In this document: one piece after another, positions 1 through 14,517 of the stretch | How the letters are laid out: every line of letters begins with the position of its first letter | Numbering within the stretch: position 1 is the first letter of the stretch | DNA from: Chrysomallon squamiferum | Taxonomy: Eukaryota; Animalia; Mollusca | Length of the DNA: 64,000 nucleotides | NCBI GenBank assembly: GCA_012295275.1 | Contig: CM022669.1 | Coordinates: 4,898,001 to 4,962,000, forward strand | Direction of reading: 5' to 3' | The notes under the pieces: generated by a model | The model's input: only the letters and a program-made list of their open reading frames with translations | Told to the model about the DNA's origin: nothing | The model's database searches: none | Made by a program: the position numbers and the translations under genes

Positions 1-422
1 TGTTGTTTTTCATTTATTTATTTATTTATTTATTCGTGCTGCCAGAATGTGAATAAATTACAGAAATGAAGATAAAAAGTTGTTAAAGTTTACTAAATAA
101 ATAAATAAATAAAACCAAAATAAACATTACGTCATACTGCTAAGTAAATAAGGCGCCAACAATTGACTGACGTCATAAACAACAAACACGCAGTTGCGGT
201 TCGCTAGGGCAGACTGCTTTTTCAACAGATTACACTTTGAATAAGAGAACACTGTAAGTTAAAAAATTCATTACATACTAGAAATATAAAATGAAATTCA
301 CTACGTCTACTACTCTATTTACAGTCTAAAATATCAAAAAAGGTGATAGTATTCTTCGACAATCGTAATTTCACGAAACGATTTTGATATAAAATAACAG
401 AAAAAGAAGCTGAGTACGTATG

Positions 423-424
<2 letters not shown>

Positions 425-463
<39 letters not shown>

Positions 464-494
464 GCTTGTGTGTGTGTGTGTGTGTGTGTGTGTG
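425..494. repeat. (GT)n microsatellite
   Basis: Near-perfect TG dinucleotide run with two interruptions. Confidence 0.95.
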
Positions 495-712
495 CCTGTG
501 AGTGATATAGTAAGATTTCTTTAGAATATTGTTTTTCTCCATAGTTTCGTAAATTTGCTTCCCTTTTTCGTTTCATTCATTCTTTGTTCTGAATCCCTCT
601 CTTTTTATAGATATATTCTGTATTTAATGCTCTAGTTATTATTACAACTGACGTAGCGATTATTTTTAGACTTAGTTTTAACTGAGTAGCATTGATTTAA
701 TATTCATAAACT

Positions 713-3700
713 AGGTATATATATGTACGTATGAAAGAAAATGGGTACCTAAATATGTTTGTATGAAAGAAAGTGGTATTTATTTATTTATTTTTGTTTT
801 CTTTCTTTATTTATTTTTCAAATTATATAAATTTATATAGTATTTTCATTATTTTATCTATGTTTAAAGTGCGTATATAGGTATGTATGAAAGAAAGTGG
901 GTGTATGGGTATGTATAAAATAAACTGGGTATATATATGTGTATAAAATAAGGTGGGTGTATAGATACGTATGAAAGAAAGTGGGTATATAGGTCTTAGT
1001 ATGAAATACAGTCGGTATATAGGTATATGTATGAAATAAAGTGGTATAAAGGTATATGTATAAAATAAAGTGGTTTATAGGTGTAAGTATGAAATAAAGT
1101 GGGTATATAGGTATATATGAAATAAAATGAGTAAATATGTATATATATAATAAAGTGGTTATATAGGTCTTACTATGAAATGAAGTGGGTATATAGGTGT
1201 AAGTATGAAATAATGTGTGTATAAAGTGAGTTTGTATGTATGTGTGTATAAAGTGGGTATATAGATATGTATGAAATAAAGTCGATATATTGCTCTATGT
1301 ATGAAAGATAGTAGGTATATATGTGTGTATAAAATAAAGTGGGTATATATATAGGTATGTATGAAATAAAATGGTATATAGGTGTGTATAAAATAAAGTG
1401 GGTATATATGTGTGTATAAAATAAAGTGGGTATATATAGGTATGTAAGAAATAAAGTGGGTACATAGGTATGTATGAAATAAAGTGGTATATAGGTGTGC
1501 ATAAAATAAAGTGGGTATATATATAGGTATGTATTAAATACAGTGGGTATATAGGTATGTATAAAATGAAGTGGGTATATATATGTGTGTATGACATAGA
1601 GTGGGTACATATGTATGTATGAAATTAAGTGGGTATATATATATATATCTGTATGACATAAAGTGGGTTTATAGGTGTAAGTATGAAATAAATTTGGTAC
1701 ATATGTATGTATGAAATAAATTTGGTATATAGGTATGTATGAAATAAAGTAGGAACTTAGTCTATATATAAAATAAAGTGGGTATATATGTTTATGAAAT
1801 AAAGTGGGCATATAGATATGTATTAAATAAAGTGGGTATGTATGTATGTGTGTATGAAGCGGGTTTATAGGTGTACGAAAGAAAGTAGGTTCATAGATAT
1901 GTATGAAATACAGTGGACATATAGGTACATATATAAAGTAAAGTGGTATATAGGAAAGTATGAAATTAAGTCGCTATATAGCTGTATGTAACAAAGAAAG
2001 TGGGTATATAGGTGTGTATGAAAGATAGTAGGCATATGAATTAAAGTGGGTAAATATGTGTGTATGAAATAAAGTGGGTATATAGATGTGTATGAAATAA
2101 AGTGGGTACACAGGAGTAAAAATGAGATAAAGTGGATATATAAGTATTATGTTTGGAAAAAGTGGTATATACGCGTGCATTAAGGAATGTGGGTATATAG
2201 GTGTATATATGAAAGAACATGGGTATCTAGGTGTATATGAAACAAAGTGGGTACATAGGTGTGCATGAAATAAAGTGTGTATATAAGTGTATGTATAAAA
2301 TAATGTGGGTATATAGGTATGTATGAAATAAAGTGGGTATATAGGCTTATATGAAACAAAGTGGGTGTATAGGTCTATCAATAAATTAAAGTGGAATATA
2401 GGTATAAGTATGAAATAAAGTGGCTATATGGGTATGTATGAAATAAAGAGGGTTTATAGGTGTGCATAAAATGAAGTGGGCATATAGGTGTATATATGAA
2501 AGAACATGGGTATCTAGGTGTATATGAAACAAAGTGGGTACATAGGTGTGCATGAAATAAAGTGTGTATATAAGTGTATGTATAAAATAATGTGGGTATA
2601 TAGGTATGTATGAAATAAAGTGGGTATATAAATATATATGAAACAAAAGTGGGTGTATAGGTCTATCAATAAATTAAAGTGGAATATAGGTATAAGTATG
2701 AAATAAAAGTGGCTATATGGTATGTATGTATGAAATAAGAGGGTTTATAGGTGTGCATAAAATGAAGTGGGCATATGGTGTATATATGAAAGAACATGGG
2801 TATCTAGGTGTATATGAAACAAAGTGGGTACATAGGTGTGCATGAAATAAAGTGTGTATATAAGTGTATGTATAAAATAATGTGGGTATATAGGTATGTA
2901 TGAAATAAAGTGGGTATATAGGCTTATATGAAACAAAGTGGGTGTATAGGTCTATCAATAAATTAAAGTGGAATATAGGTATAAGTATGAAATAAAGTGG
3001 CTATATGGGTATGTATGAAATAAAGAGGGTTTATAGGTGTTTATGAAATAAAGTGGTATATAGGTGTGTATGAAATAAAGTGGGTATATAGGTATTATGA
3101 AATAAAGTGAGTAAATATGTGTATATATGTTAAAGTGGGTATATAGGTCTGAGTATGAAATGAAGTGGGTATATAGGCGTATCTGTGAAATAAAGTGGGT
3201 ATATAGGTATGTATCAAATAAAGTGAGTAAATATGTGTATATATATTAATGTGGGTATATAGGTCTGAGTATGAAATACAGTGGGTATATAGGTATAAGT
3301 ATGAAATGAAGTGGGTATATAGGCGTATCTGTGAAATAAAGTGGGTATATATGTTTATGAAGTAAAGTGGGTATATAGGTATAAGTATGAAATAATGTGG
3401 GTAAATAGGTGTATATGAAATAAATTGGGTATACAGGTGTTTATGAAAGATATTTGGCATGTAGGTGTGGAATGAGGTAAAGTGGGTTTGGATATATGTG
3501 TGTATAAAGTGGATATGTATGTATGTGTGTATAAAGTGAGTTTGTATGTATGTGTGTATAAAGTAGGTATATAGATATGTATGAAATATAGTCGATATAT
3601 TGTATGTATGAAAGATAGTATATATGTGTGTATAAAATAAAGTGGGTATATATGTGTTTATAAAATAAAGTGGGTATATATGTGTGTATAAAATAAAGTT

Positions 3701-6700
3701 GGTATATAAGGTCTATATATAATGTGGGTACATAGGTATGTATGAAATAAAATTGTATATAGGTGTGTATAAAATAAAGTGGTACATAGGTATGTATTAA
3801 ATAAAGTGGGTATGTAGTTATGTATGAAATAAAGTGGGTATGTAGTTATGTATGAAATAAAGTGGGTATATAGGTATAAGTATGAAATAAAGTGGGTAAA
3901 TAGGTGTATATATGAAATAAAGAGTGAATGTATAGATGTGTATAACATTAAGTGGGTTTATAGATCTGTATTAAATACAGTGGGTATATATATGTGTATG
4001 ACATAGAGTGGGTACATAGGTATGTATAAAATAAAGTGGGTATATAGGTATGTATGAAATAAAGTAGGTACTTAGTCTATATATAAAATAAAGTGGGTAT
4101 ATATGTTTATGAAGTAAAGTGGGTATATAGGTGTAAGTATGAAATAATGTGGGTAAATTGGTGTATATGAAACAAAGTGGGTTTACAGGTGTTTATGAAA
4201 GATATTTGGCATGTAGGTGTGGAATGAGGTAAAGTGGGTATGGATATATGTGTGAATAAAGTGGATATGTATGTATGTGTGTATAAAGTGAGTTTGTATG
4301 TATATGTGTATAAAGTGCGTATATAGATATATATGAAATATAGTCGATATATTGCTGTATGTATGAAAGATAGTATATATGTGTGTATAAAATAAAGTGG
4401 GTATATATGTGTGTATAAAATAAAGTGGGTATATAAGGTCTATATATAATGTGGGTACACAGGTATGTATGAAATAAAGTGGTATATAGGTATGTATGAA
4501 ATAAAGTGGTATATAGGTGTGTATAAAATAAAGTGGTATATAGGTGTGTATAAAATAAAGTGTTATATAGGTATGTATGAAATAAAGTGGTATACAGGTG
4601 TGTATAAAATAAAGTGGTATATAGGTATGTATGAAATAAAGTGGTATATAGGTGTGTATAAAATAAAGTGGTACATAGGTATGTATTAAATAAAGTGGGT
4701 ATGTAGTTATGTATGAAATAAAGTGGGTATGTAGTTATGTATGAAATAAAGTGGTTATATAGGTATAAGTATGAAATAAAGTGGGTAAATAGGTGTATAT
4801 ATGAAATAAAGTGAATGTATAGATGTGTATGACATTAAGTGGGTTTATAGATCTGTATTAAATACAGTGGGTATATAGGTATGTATAAAATGAAGTGGGT
4901 ATATAGGTATGTATAAAATGAAGTGGGTATATATATATGTGTATGACATAGAGTGGGTACATATGTATGTATGAAATAAAGTGGGTATATAGGTGTGTAT
5001 AAAATAAAGTGTGTATATAGGTATGTATATGAAAAAAAGTGGGTTTATAGGTATGTATAAAATAAAAGGTATATAGGTATATAGGTATATATGAAATAAA
5101 GTGGGTACTTAGTCTATATATAAAAAAAAAGTGGGTATATATGTTTATGAAAGTAAAAAGTGGGTATATAGGCGTAATATATGAAAAAAAAGTTATATAT
5201 ATAGGTTTGTATATGAAATAAAGTGGGTTTATAGGTGTGCATGACATAAAGTGGTATATAGGTGTGTATGAAATAAAGTGGGTATATAGGTGTGCATGAA
5301 AGAAAGTAGGTTCATAGATATGTATGAGATAAAGTGGATATATAGGTACATATATGAAGTAAAGTGGTATATAGGAATGTATGAATGAAAGTGGGTATGT
5401 ATTTATATATGTATGAAGTGGGTTTATAGGTGTGTACGAAAGAAAATAGGTTCATAGATATGTATGAAATAAAGTGGATATATAGGTACATATATGAAGT
5501 AAAGTGGTATATAAGAATGTATGAAAGCACATGGGTATATAGGTGTATATGAAATAAAGTGGGTACATAGGTGTGCATGAAATAAAGTGTGTATATAAGT
5601 GTATATATAAAATAATGTGGGTATATAGGCTTATATGAAACAAAGTGGGTGTATAGGTGTATCAATAAAATAAAGTGGTATATAGGAATGTATATGAAAT
5701 AAAGTGGGTATGTAGGTATGTATGAAATAAAATGGGTATATAGGTGTATATGAAATAAAGTGGGTATATAGGTATAAGTATGAAATAAAATGGCCATATA
5801 GGTATGTATGAAATAAAGTGGGTATACAGGAGTAAATATGAGATAAAGTGGGTATATAAGTATGCATGGAATAAAGTGGGTATATAAGTATGTATGACAC
5901 AAAGTAGGCATATACATATGTTTTGAAAAAGTGGTATATACGCGTGCATTAAGGAATGTGGGTATATAGGTATGTATGAAATAAAGTGGGTTTATAGGTG
6001 TGCATAAAATGAAGTGGGCATATAGGTGTATATATGAAAGAACATGGGTATCTAGGTGTATATGAAACAAAGTGGGTACATAGGTGTGCATGAAATAAAA
6101 CTGTGGATATAAGTGTATGTGTAAAATAATGTGGGTATATAGGTGTATATATGAAATAATATGGGTATATAGCTGGATGTGGTAAATAAAGTTGGGGTAG
6201 AAATGAAGAAGATATAAGAAAGTAGTTAAATATGCATAAATATATGTACGGAAGAGTAAAGTGGCTATATAGGTATATGCATGAAATAAAGTTGGTATAT
6301 AGGTGTAAATATGAACTAAAGTGGCTAAATAGGGTGTATCAAATAAAATGGGTATACAGGTGTATATGAAATAAAGTGGCCATATAGGTGTGTATGAAAT
6401 AAAGTAGGTATATATATATGTGTATGAAATAAAGTGGGTATATAGCTGTTAGTATGAAATAAAGTGGGTATGTATGTTTGTGTGTATAAAGTGGGTATAT
6501 AGATGTGTATAAAATAAAGTGGGTATGTAGGTATGTATGAAATAAAGTGGGTATATAGGCGTATATGAAATGAAGTGGGTGTATAGGTCCATCAATAAAA
6601 TAAAGTGGGTATATAGGTATAAGAATGAAATAAAGTGGCTATATGGGTATGTATGAAATAAAGCTGGGTATATAGGTGTGAATAAAATGAAGTGGGCATA

Positions 6701-9700
6701 TAGATATGTATTAAATAAAATGGGTTTCGAGGTATTATGAAATAAGGTGGGTATATATCTGTGTATAAAATAAAGTGGGTATACAGGAGTAAATATGAGA
6801 AAAAATGGGTGTTTATAACTTTATTTAAAATATTGATTATTTTAGCTATGTTTAAAGTGGGTAAATAGATGTGCATGAAATAAAATGGGAATATAGGTGT
6901 ACATATAAAAGAAAGTGTGTATATAGGTGTGTATGAAATAAAGTTGGTACTTAGGTCTATATATAAAATAAATGGATATGCAGGTGTGTTTGAAAGAAAG
7001 TAAGTAAATAGTTCTATGTATGAAATGAAGTGGGTATGCAGGAGTAAATATGAGATAAAGTGGGTATATAGGTGTGCATTAAGGAATGTGGGTATATAGG
7101 TATGTGTGAAACAAAGTGGATATATAGGTATGTATGAAACGAAGTGGGTATATAGGTGTATATGAAATAAAGTGGGTACATAGGTGTGCATGAAATAAAG
7201 TGTGTATATAAATGTATGTATAAAATAATGTGGGTATGTAGATATGTATGAAACAAAGTGGGTATATAGGTCTATCAATAAAATAAAGCGGGTATATAGG
7301 TATAAGAATGAAATAAAATGGCTATATAGGTATATATGAAATAAAGTGGGTATATAGGTGTGCATGAAACTAATTTGGTATATAGGTTTTCATATGAAAG
7401 AACATGGTTATATAGGTGTGTATGAAACGAAGTGGGTATATAGGTGTATATGAAATAAAGTAGGTATATAAGTGTATGTATAAACGAAAGTGGATATATG
7501 GGTGTAAATATATAATAATATGGGTATATAGCTGGAAGTGGTAAATAAAGTCGGTGTAGAAATGAAGAAAATATAAGAAGAAAGTAGCTAAATATGTATA
7601 AATAAAGAAGGTATATATGTACGTAAGAGTAAAGTGGCTATATAGGTATATGCATGAAATAAAGTTGGTATATAGGTGTAAGTATGAAATAAAGTGGCTA
7701 AATAGGGTGTATCAAATAAAATGTGTATACAGGTGTATATGAAATAAAGTGGGCATATAGGTGTGTATGAAATAAAGTAGGTATATAGCTGTTAGTATGA
7801 ATTAAAGTGGGTATGTTGGTCAATGTATAAAATAAAGTGGATATATAGGTATAAGTATGAAATAAAGTGGGTTTATATGTGTGCATGAAAGAAAGAGGGT
7901 ATATAGGTATGTATGAACTAAAGTGGGTAAATAGGTATGTATGAACTAAAGTGGGTAAATAGGTATGTATGAAAGAAAGTGGGTGTCTGGGTATGTATAA
8001 AATAAAGTGGGTATCGAGGTATGTATGAAATAAAGTGGGTATACAGGAGTAAATATGAGAAAAAAATGGGTGTTTATTTATAAGTTTATTTAATGTTTTG
8101 ATTATTTTAGCGATGTTTAAAGTGAGTATACAGGTATGCATTATATAAAATGGGAATATAGGTGTACATATAAAAGAAAGTGTGTATATAGGTATGTATG
8201 AAATAAAGTGAGTAAATATGTGTATATATAATAAAGTGGGTATGTAGGTCTTAGTATGAAATACAGTGGTTATATAGGTATATGTATGAAATGAAGTCGG
8301 TAAATAGGTGTATATGAGATTAAGTGGGTATGTATATATGTGTGTATAAATTGGATATGTATGTATATGTGTATAAAGTGAGTTTGTATATATGTGGGTA
8401 TATAGATATGTACGAAATAAAGTCGATATATTGTTGTATGTATGAAAGATAGTAGGTATATATGTGTGTATAAAATAAAGTGGGTATATAGGTATGTATT
8501 AAATAAAGTGGGTACACCGGTATGTATGAAATACAGTGGGTATATAGGTGTATATATGAAAGAACATGGTATATAGGTGTGTATGAAACGAAGAGGGTAT
8601 ATAGGAGTGCATGAAACAAAGTGGGTATATAGGTGTATATATGAAAGAACATGGGTATATAGGGTATACGAAGAGGGTATATAGGTGTTCATGAAACGAA
8701 GTGGGTATATATGTGTGCATGAAATAAAGTATGTATAAAAGAAAGTGGGTATATAGGTGTATATATGAAATAATATGAGTATATAGCTGGATGTGGTAAA
8801 TAAAGTCGATGTAGAAATGAAGAAAATATAAGAAGAAAGTAGCTAAATATGTATAAATAAAGAAGGTATATATGTACGTAAGAGTAAAGTGGTTATATAG
8901 GTGTAAGTATGAAATAAAGTGGGTAAATAGGGTGTATCAAATAAAATGGGTATACAGGTGTATATGAAATAAAATCAATATATAGGTTAATGTATATAGC
9001 TGTAGGTGTGAAATAAAGAGGGCATATAGGTATACTGATGAAATAATGTGGGTAAATAGGGGTATATGAAATAAAGTGGGTATACAGGTGTGTATGAAAG
9101 ATATTAGGCATATAGGTGTGTGAATGAAATAAAGTGGATATGTACGTTTGTGTGTATATAGGTATATAGGTATGTATATGGGTGTGTATGAAATAAAGTG
9201 TGTGTATAGGTCTTAGTTTGAAATACAGTGGGTATATAGGTATAAGAATGAAACAGAGTGGCTATATTGGTATGTATAAAATAAAGTGGGTATGTAGGTA
9301 TGTATGAAATAAAGTGGGTATATAGGTGTGCATGAAATAAAGTGGGTATATAAGTCTATCAATAAAATAAAGTGGGTATATAGGTATAAGTATGAACTAA
9401 TGTGGCTATATAGGTATGTATGAAATAAAGTGGGTATATAGGTATGTATAAAATAAAGTGGGTACATAGGTGTGCATAAAATGAAGTGGGCATATAGATA
9501 TGTATTAAATAAAGTGGGTTTATATGTGTGCATGAAAGAAAGAGGGTATGTAGGTATGTGAAAGAAAGTGGGTGTATGGGTATGTATGAAATAATCTGGG
9601 TATATAGCTCTGTTTAAAATAAAGTGGGTATCGAGGTATGTATGAAATAAAGTAGGTATACAGGAGTAAATATGAGAAAAAATGGGTGTTTATTTATAAG

Positions 9701-12700
9701 TTTATTTAATATTTTGATTATTTTAGCTATGTTTAAAGTGAGTATACAGGTATGCATTATATAAAATGGGAATATAGGTGTACATATAAAAGAAAGTGTG
9801 TATATAGGTATGTATGAAATAAAGTGAGTAAATATGTGTATATATAATAAAGTGGGTATATAGGTATATGTATGAAATGAAGTGGGTATATAGGTGTATC
9901 TGTGAAATAATGTGGGTAAATAGGTGTATATGAAATAAAGTGGGTATACAGGTGTGTATGAAGGATACTTGGCATGTAGGTGTGTGAATGAAATAAACTG
10001 GGTATGTATATAATGTGTGTATAAATTGGATATGTATGTATGCGTGTATAAAGGGAGTTTGTATGTATGTGTGTATAAAGTGGGTATATAGGTATGTATT
10101 AAATAAAGTGGGTACACAGGTATGTATGAAATAAGTGGGTATCTAGGTATGTATGGAATAAAATGGGTATATAGGTATATATATGAAAGAACATGGGTAG
10201 ATAGGTATGTATGAAATACAGTGGGTATATAGGTGTGTACGAAACGAAGAGGGTATATAGGTGTGCATGAAACAAAGTGGGTATATATGTGTGCATGAAA
10301 CAAAGTGGGTATATATGTGTGCATGAAATAAAGTATGTATAAAAGAAAGTGGGTATATAGGTGTATATATGAAATAATATGGGTATGTAGCTGAATGTGG
10401 TAAATAAAGTCGGTGTAGAAATGAAGAAAATTTAAGAAGAAAGTAGCTAAATATGTATAAATAAAGTAGGTATATATGTACGTAAGAGTAAAGTGGCTAT
10501 ATAGGTGTATGCATGAAATAAAGTTGGTATATAGGTGTAACTATGACATAAAGTAGCTAAATAGGGTGTATCAAATAAAATGGGTATACAGGTGTATATG
10601 AAATAAAGTGGGCATATAGGTGTGTATCAAATAAAGTGGGTATATAGCTGTTAGTATGAATTAAAGTGATTTTATAGGTATATGTATAAAATAAAGTGGG
10701 TATATAGGTATGTTTGAAATAAAGTCGATATATAGGTTAATGTATGTAGCTGTAGGTATGAATTAAAGAGGGCATATAGGTATACTGATGAAATAAAGTG
10801 GGTAAATAGGTGTATATGAAATAAAGTGGGTATACAGGTGTGTATGAAAGATATTAGGCATATAGGTGTGTGAATGAAATAAAGTGGTTATGTATGTTTG
10901 TGTGTATAAAGTGGGTATATAGGTATAAGACTGAAACAAAGTGGCTATATTGGTATGTATAAAATAAAGTGGGTATGTAGGTGTATATGAAATAAAATGG
11001 TATTATAGGTGTACATATAAAAGAAAGTGGGTATATAGGTATGTATGAAATAAAGTGAGTAAATATGTATATATATATAATAAAGTGGGTATATAGGTAT
11101 AAGAATGAAACAGAGTGGCTATATTGGTATGTATAAAATAAAGTGGATATGTAGGTATGTATAAAATAAAGTGGGTACATAGGTGTGCATAAAATGAAGT
11201 GGGCATATAGATATGTATTAAAGTGGGTTTATATGTGTGCATGAAGTAAAGTGGGTATGTAGGTACGTATGAAGTAAAGTGGGTATGTAGGTATGTATGA
11301 AAGAAAGTAGGTGTATGGGTATGTATGAAATAAACTGGGTATATATCTGTGTATGAAATAAAGTGGGTATACAGGAGTAAATATGAGAAAAAATGGGTGT
11401 TTATTTATAAGTTTATTTAATATTTTGATTATTTAGCTGTGTTTAAAGTGGGTATACAGATGTGCATGAAATAAAATGGGAATATAGGTGTACATATAAA
11501 AGAAACTGGGTATATAGGTATGAATGAAATAAAGTTGGTACTTAGGGTCTATATATAAAATAAGTGGATATATAGGTGTGTATGAAAGAAAGAAAGTAAA
11601 TAGTTCTATGTATGAAATAAAGTGGGTATATACATGTGTTTGGAAAAAGTGGGTATATAGGTGTGCATTAATGAATGTGGGTATGTAGGTATGTATAAAA
11701 TAATGTGGGTATGTAGGTATGTATGAAATAAAGTGGGTATATAGGTATAAGTATGAAATAAAGTGGCTATATAGGTATGTATGAAATAAAGTGGGTATGT
11801 AGGTATGTACGAAATAAAGAGGGTATATAGGTATATATGAAATAAAATGGGTGTATAGGTCTATCAATAAAATAAAGTGGGTATATAGGTATAAGAATGA
11901 AATAAAGTGGGTATATAGGTGTGCATGAAACAAAGTTGGTATATAGGTGTAAATATGAAAAAAACATGGTTATATAGGTGTGTATGAAAAGAAGTGGGTA
12001 TATAGGTGTGCATTAAGGAATGTGGGTATATAGGTATGTATGAAATAAAGTGGGTTGATAGGTGTGCATGAAGGAAAGAGGGTATATAGATATCTATGAA
12101 AGAAAGTAGGTGTAAAGGGATGCATTAAAGAAAGTGGGTGTATGGGCATATATAAATAAACTGGGTAATTATCTGTGTATAAAATAAAGTGGGTATCGAG
12201 GTATGTATGAAATAAAGTGGATATACAGGAGTAAATAAGAGAAAAAATGGGTGTTTATTTATAAGTTTATTTAATATTTTGATTACTTTAGCTATGTTTA
12301 AAGTGGGTATATAGGTGTGCATATAAAAGAAAGTGGGTATATAGGTGTGTATGAAATAAAGTGGGTTTAGAGATACGTATGAAAGAAAGTGGGTATATAG
12401 GTATGTATGAAATAAATTGGCTATATAGGTGTGCATGAAAAAAGTGGGTAAATAGGTGTGTATGAAAGAAAGTGTGTGGATAGGTATGTATCAAAGATAT
12501 ATATAAAGGTATGTATAAAATATTCTGGGTATATATCTGTGAATAAAATATAAAATAAAGTGGGTATATAGGTATGTATGACATAAAGTGGGCATATACA
12601 TATGTTTGAAAAAGCGAGTATATAGGTGTGCATGAAGGAATGTGGGTATATAGGTATTATTGAAATAAAGTGGCATATAGGTGGATGTATGAGGATATAG

Positions 12701-12722
12701 ATATATATGAAAGAAAGTTGGC
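713..12722. repeat. ~12-kb degenerate satellite/minisatellite array, 28-bp monomer (consensus GTATGAAATAAAGTGGGTATATAGGTAT)
   Basis: The motif AAATAAAGTGGGTATATAGG recurs about every 28 bp throughout and the plus strand is very C-poor. Higher-order duplications are visible (e.g. GAAAGAACATGGGTATCTAGG at 2211, 2498, 2788). Confidence 0.97.
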
Positions 12723-14341
12723 ATTTATGTTTTTTGTTTTATTTATTTATTTATTTTATTGTTTAGTTTTGTTTTATTTGTTTATTTACTTTAATAAATA
12801 TGTAAGTATTTTATTATTTTGATAGTTACAGCTATGTTTAATTATAATTATTGTAAATCATCGTTTCGTTAAAGATATGATAGACGAAGAATATTTAAAC
12901 CGTAACCTCCTGTCACTCTGCCGTAACCGCAAATGTGTGTTAGAAGGTTCAAGATCGGATTTAAATTTTTCAAATTTATATCAAACTTGGCATATAATTA
13001 ATTATATTATATTATCTGTATTCATTCCGATCTGAGTAATTTTGGTGAACCGTCTAAATTTGCGTACAAATTATTTTAGGTTTTCATTTGTTTTGGGCCG
13101 ACGCTTCTAAATTTATTCATAGTATACGACACAAGAAATGTACTTAAATCATCACTAGTCATATATTTTAATCATATTTTGGCTTCGTTAAGTAGTTTTA
13201 TTTGGTAACTAAATAAGTGAGTAAACATATTTTTTATGTTATTTTTCCCGACAAGTTACATTAAAAGAAATAATAACAGACAAAATAAGATTTTAGGGAA
13301 TTACTTAAAAATTAACAACAAATAATTATTTAAGAATTGAAGGTAGATTCAATTTAATTTTGTAATTTCTTCATAAAAATAGAAAAAAGAAATACGTGTA
13401 TATACATCTTAGTAATAACGTTTAACATTGACAGTATTAATCATTAAGATTTTCTGAGATTCAAATTACATTGGATATAAAACTTTTAAAACAAGAACGA
13501 TAGCCTTTTCGGTTTTATTATTTAAATTCATTGCCTCTTAGACTGAAAAACTATATATAAAACTAACTAATTAACTAAATAAATAGATAAGAAATTAAAA
13601 TATTAAAGTTATAAAATGAATTAATTAATTAATAATAATAATTTTAAAAAGTAATATGAGTTTGTAAGTAAATAAGTAAATAAGGGAGAGAAAAAAATTA
13701 AAACATTTTAAAGTCATTTCACTGTGTCATATACGTTGAACAAATATTTTTTAGGAATCATTCCTCACCAAGTAATTAAAAACTATTTAAAATAAAATAA
13801 AATAAAATATATTTATTTCGTACCTAAAATGCAGCGACACTGAGTCACCTGGTGAGTGATGACACCCCCACCTCAGAGTGGCTAATACGGGAAACTCGTA
13901 CTTGAAAATGAGCTCCCGGGGGACTGTTCACCTTAGGTACAGGACATAAGTATTTAAATATGCATTATATATGTATGTGTATAGGTACATACGCTTGTAT
14001 ATGACATGGTAGACATGGGTTAACAATTGTTCACGGTTGTGATTTTCACTCGAGCCAATAATTTAAAAACTGAATCTCCTGAAGCAAACACGAGAACAAA
14101 ACGGTTTAGCGAAAATAATCACCAATTCACATTCAGTCTGCTGTGATATCATCTCGACACTGTAAATGAACGATTCGCTGAGCATTGGTTAATGTCATGT
14201 GATATGTAACAGTGTGTGTGTGATAATGTGATTTGTCATTTCTTCATTGGTCATCGTCTGAAAATCCGCGAATAAATGTAATACGTATTCTTTTTGACAT
14301 ATTACTTTCTCTACAGTCTAATGTAAATGCACATTACAGAT

Positions 14342-14407
14342 ATAAATGTGTGCATGTGTATGTAGATGTGTGTGTGTGTGTATGTGTTTATTTAAATATA
14401 AATGCTT

Positions 14408-14438
<31 letters not shown>

Positions 14439-14475
14439 GATGTGTGTGTGTGTGTGTATTTAAATATAAATGCTT

Positions 14476-14514
<39 letters not shown>

Positions 14515-14517
14515 CAT
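14342..14517. repeat. Duplicated compound (TG)n-TTTAAATATAAATGCTT-(AC)n-(AT)n unit
   Basis: Two tandem copies of TAGATGTGTG...ATTTAAATATAAATGCTTACACACACATACATATATA. Confidence 0.85.

Noticed and set aside
1173-12724. Many minus-strand ORFs up to 259 aa (YTHFISYIP-type repeats) and the plus-strand MYEIKWYIG ORF at 4465-4689
   Set aside because: These are translations of the satellite. The 28-bp unit rotates through frames, several frames overlap equally, and the plus ORF exists only because of a local 27-bp variant run.
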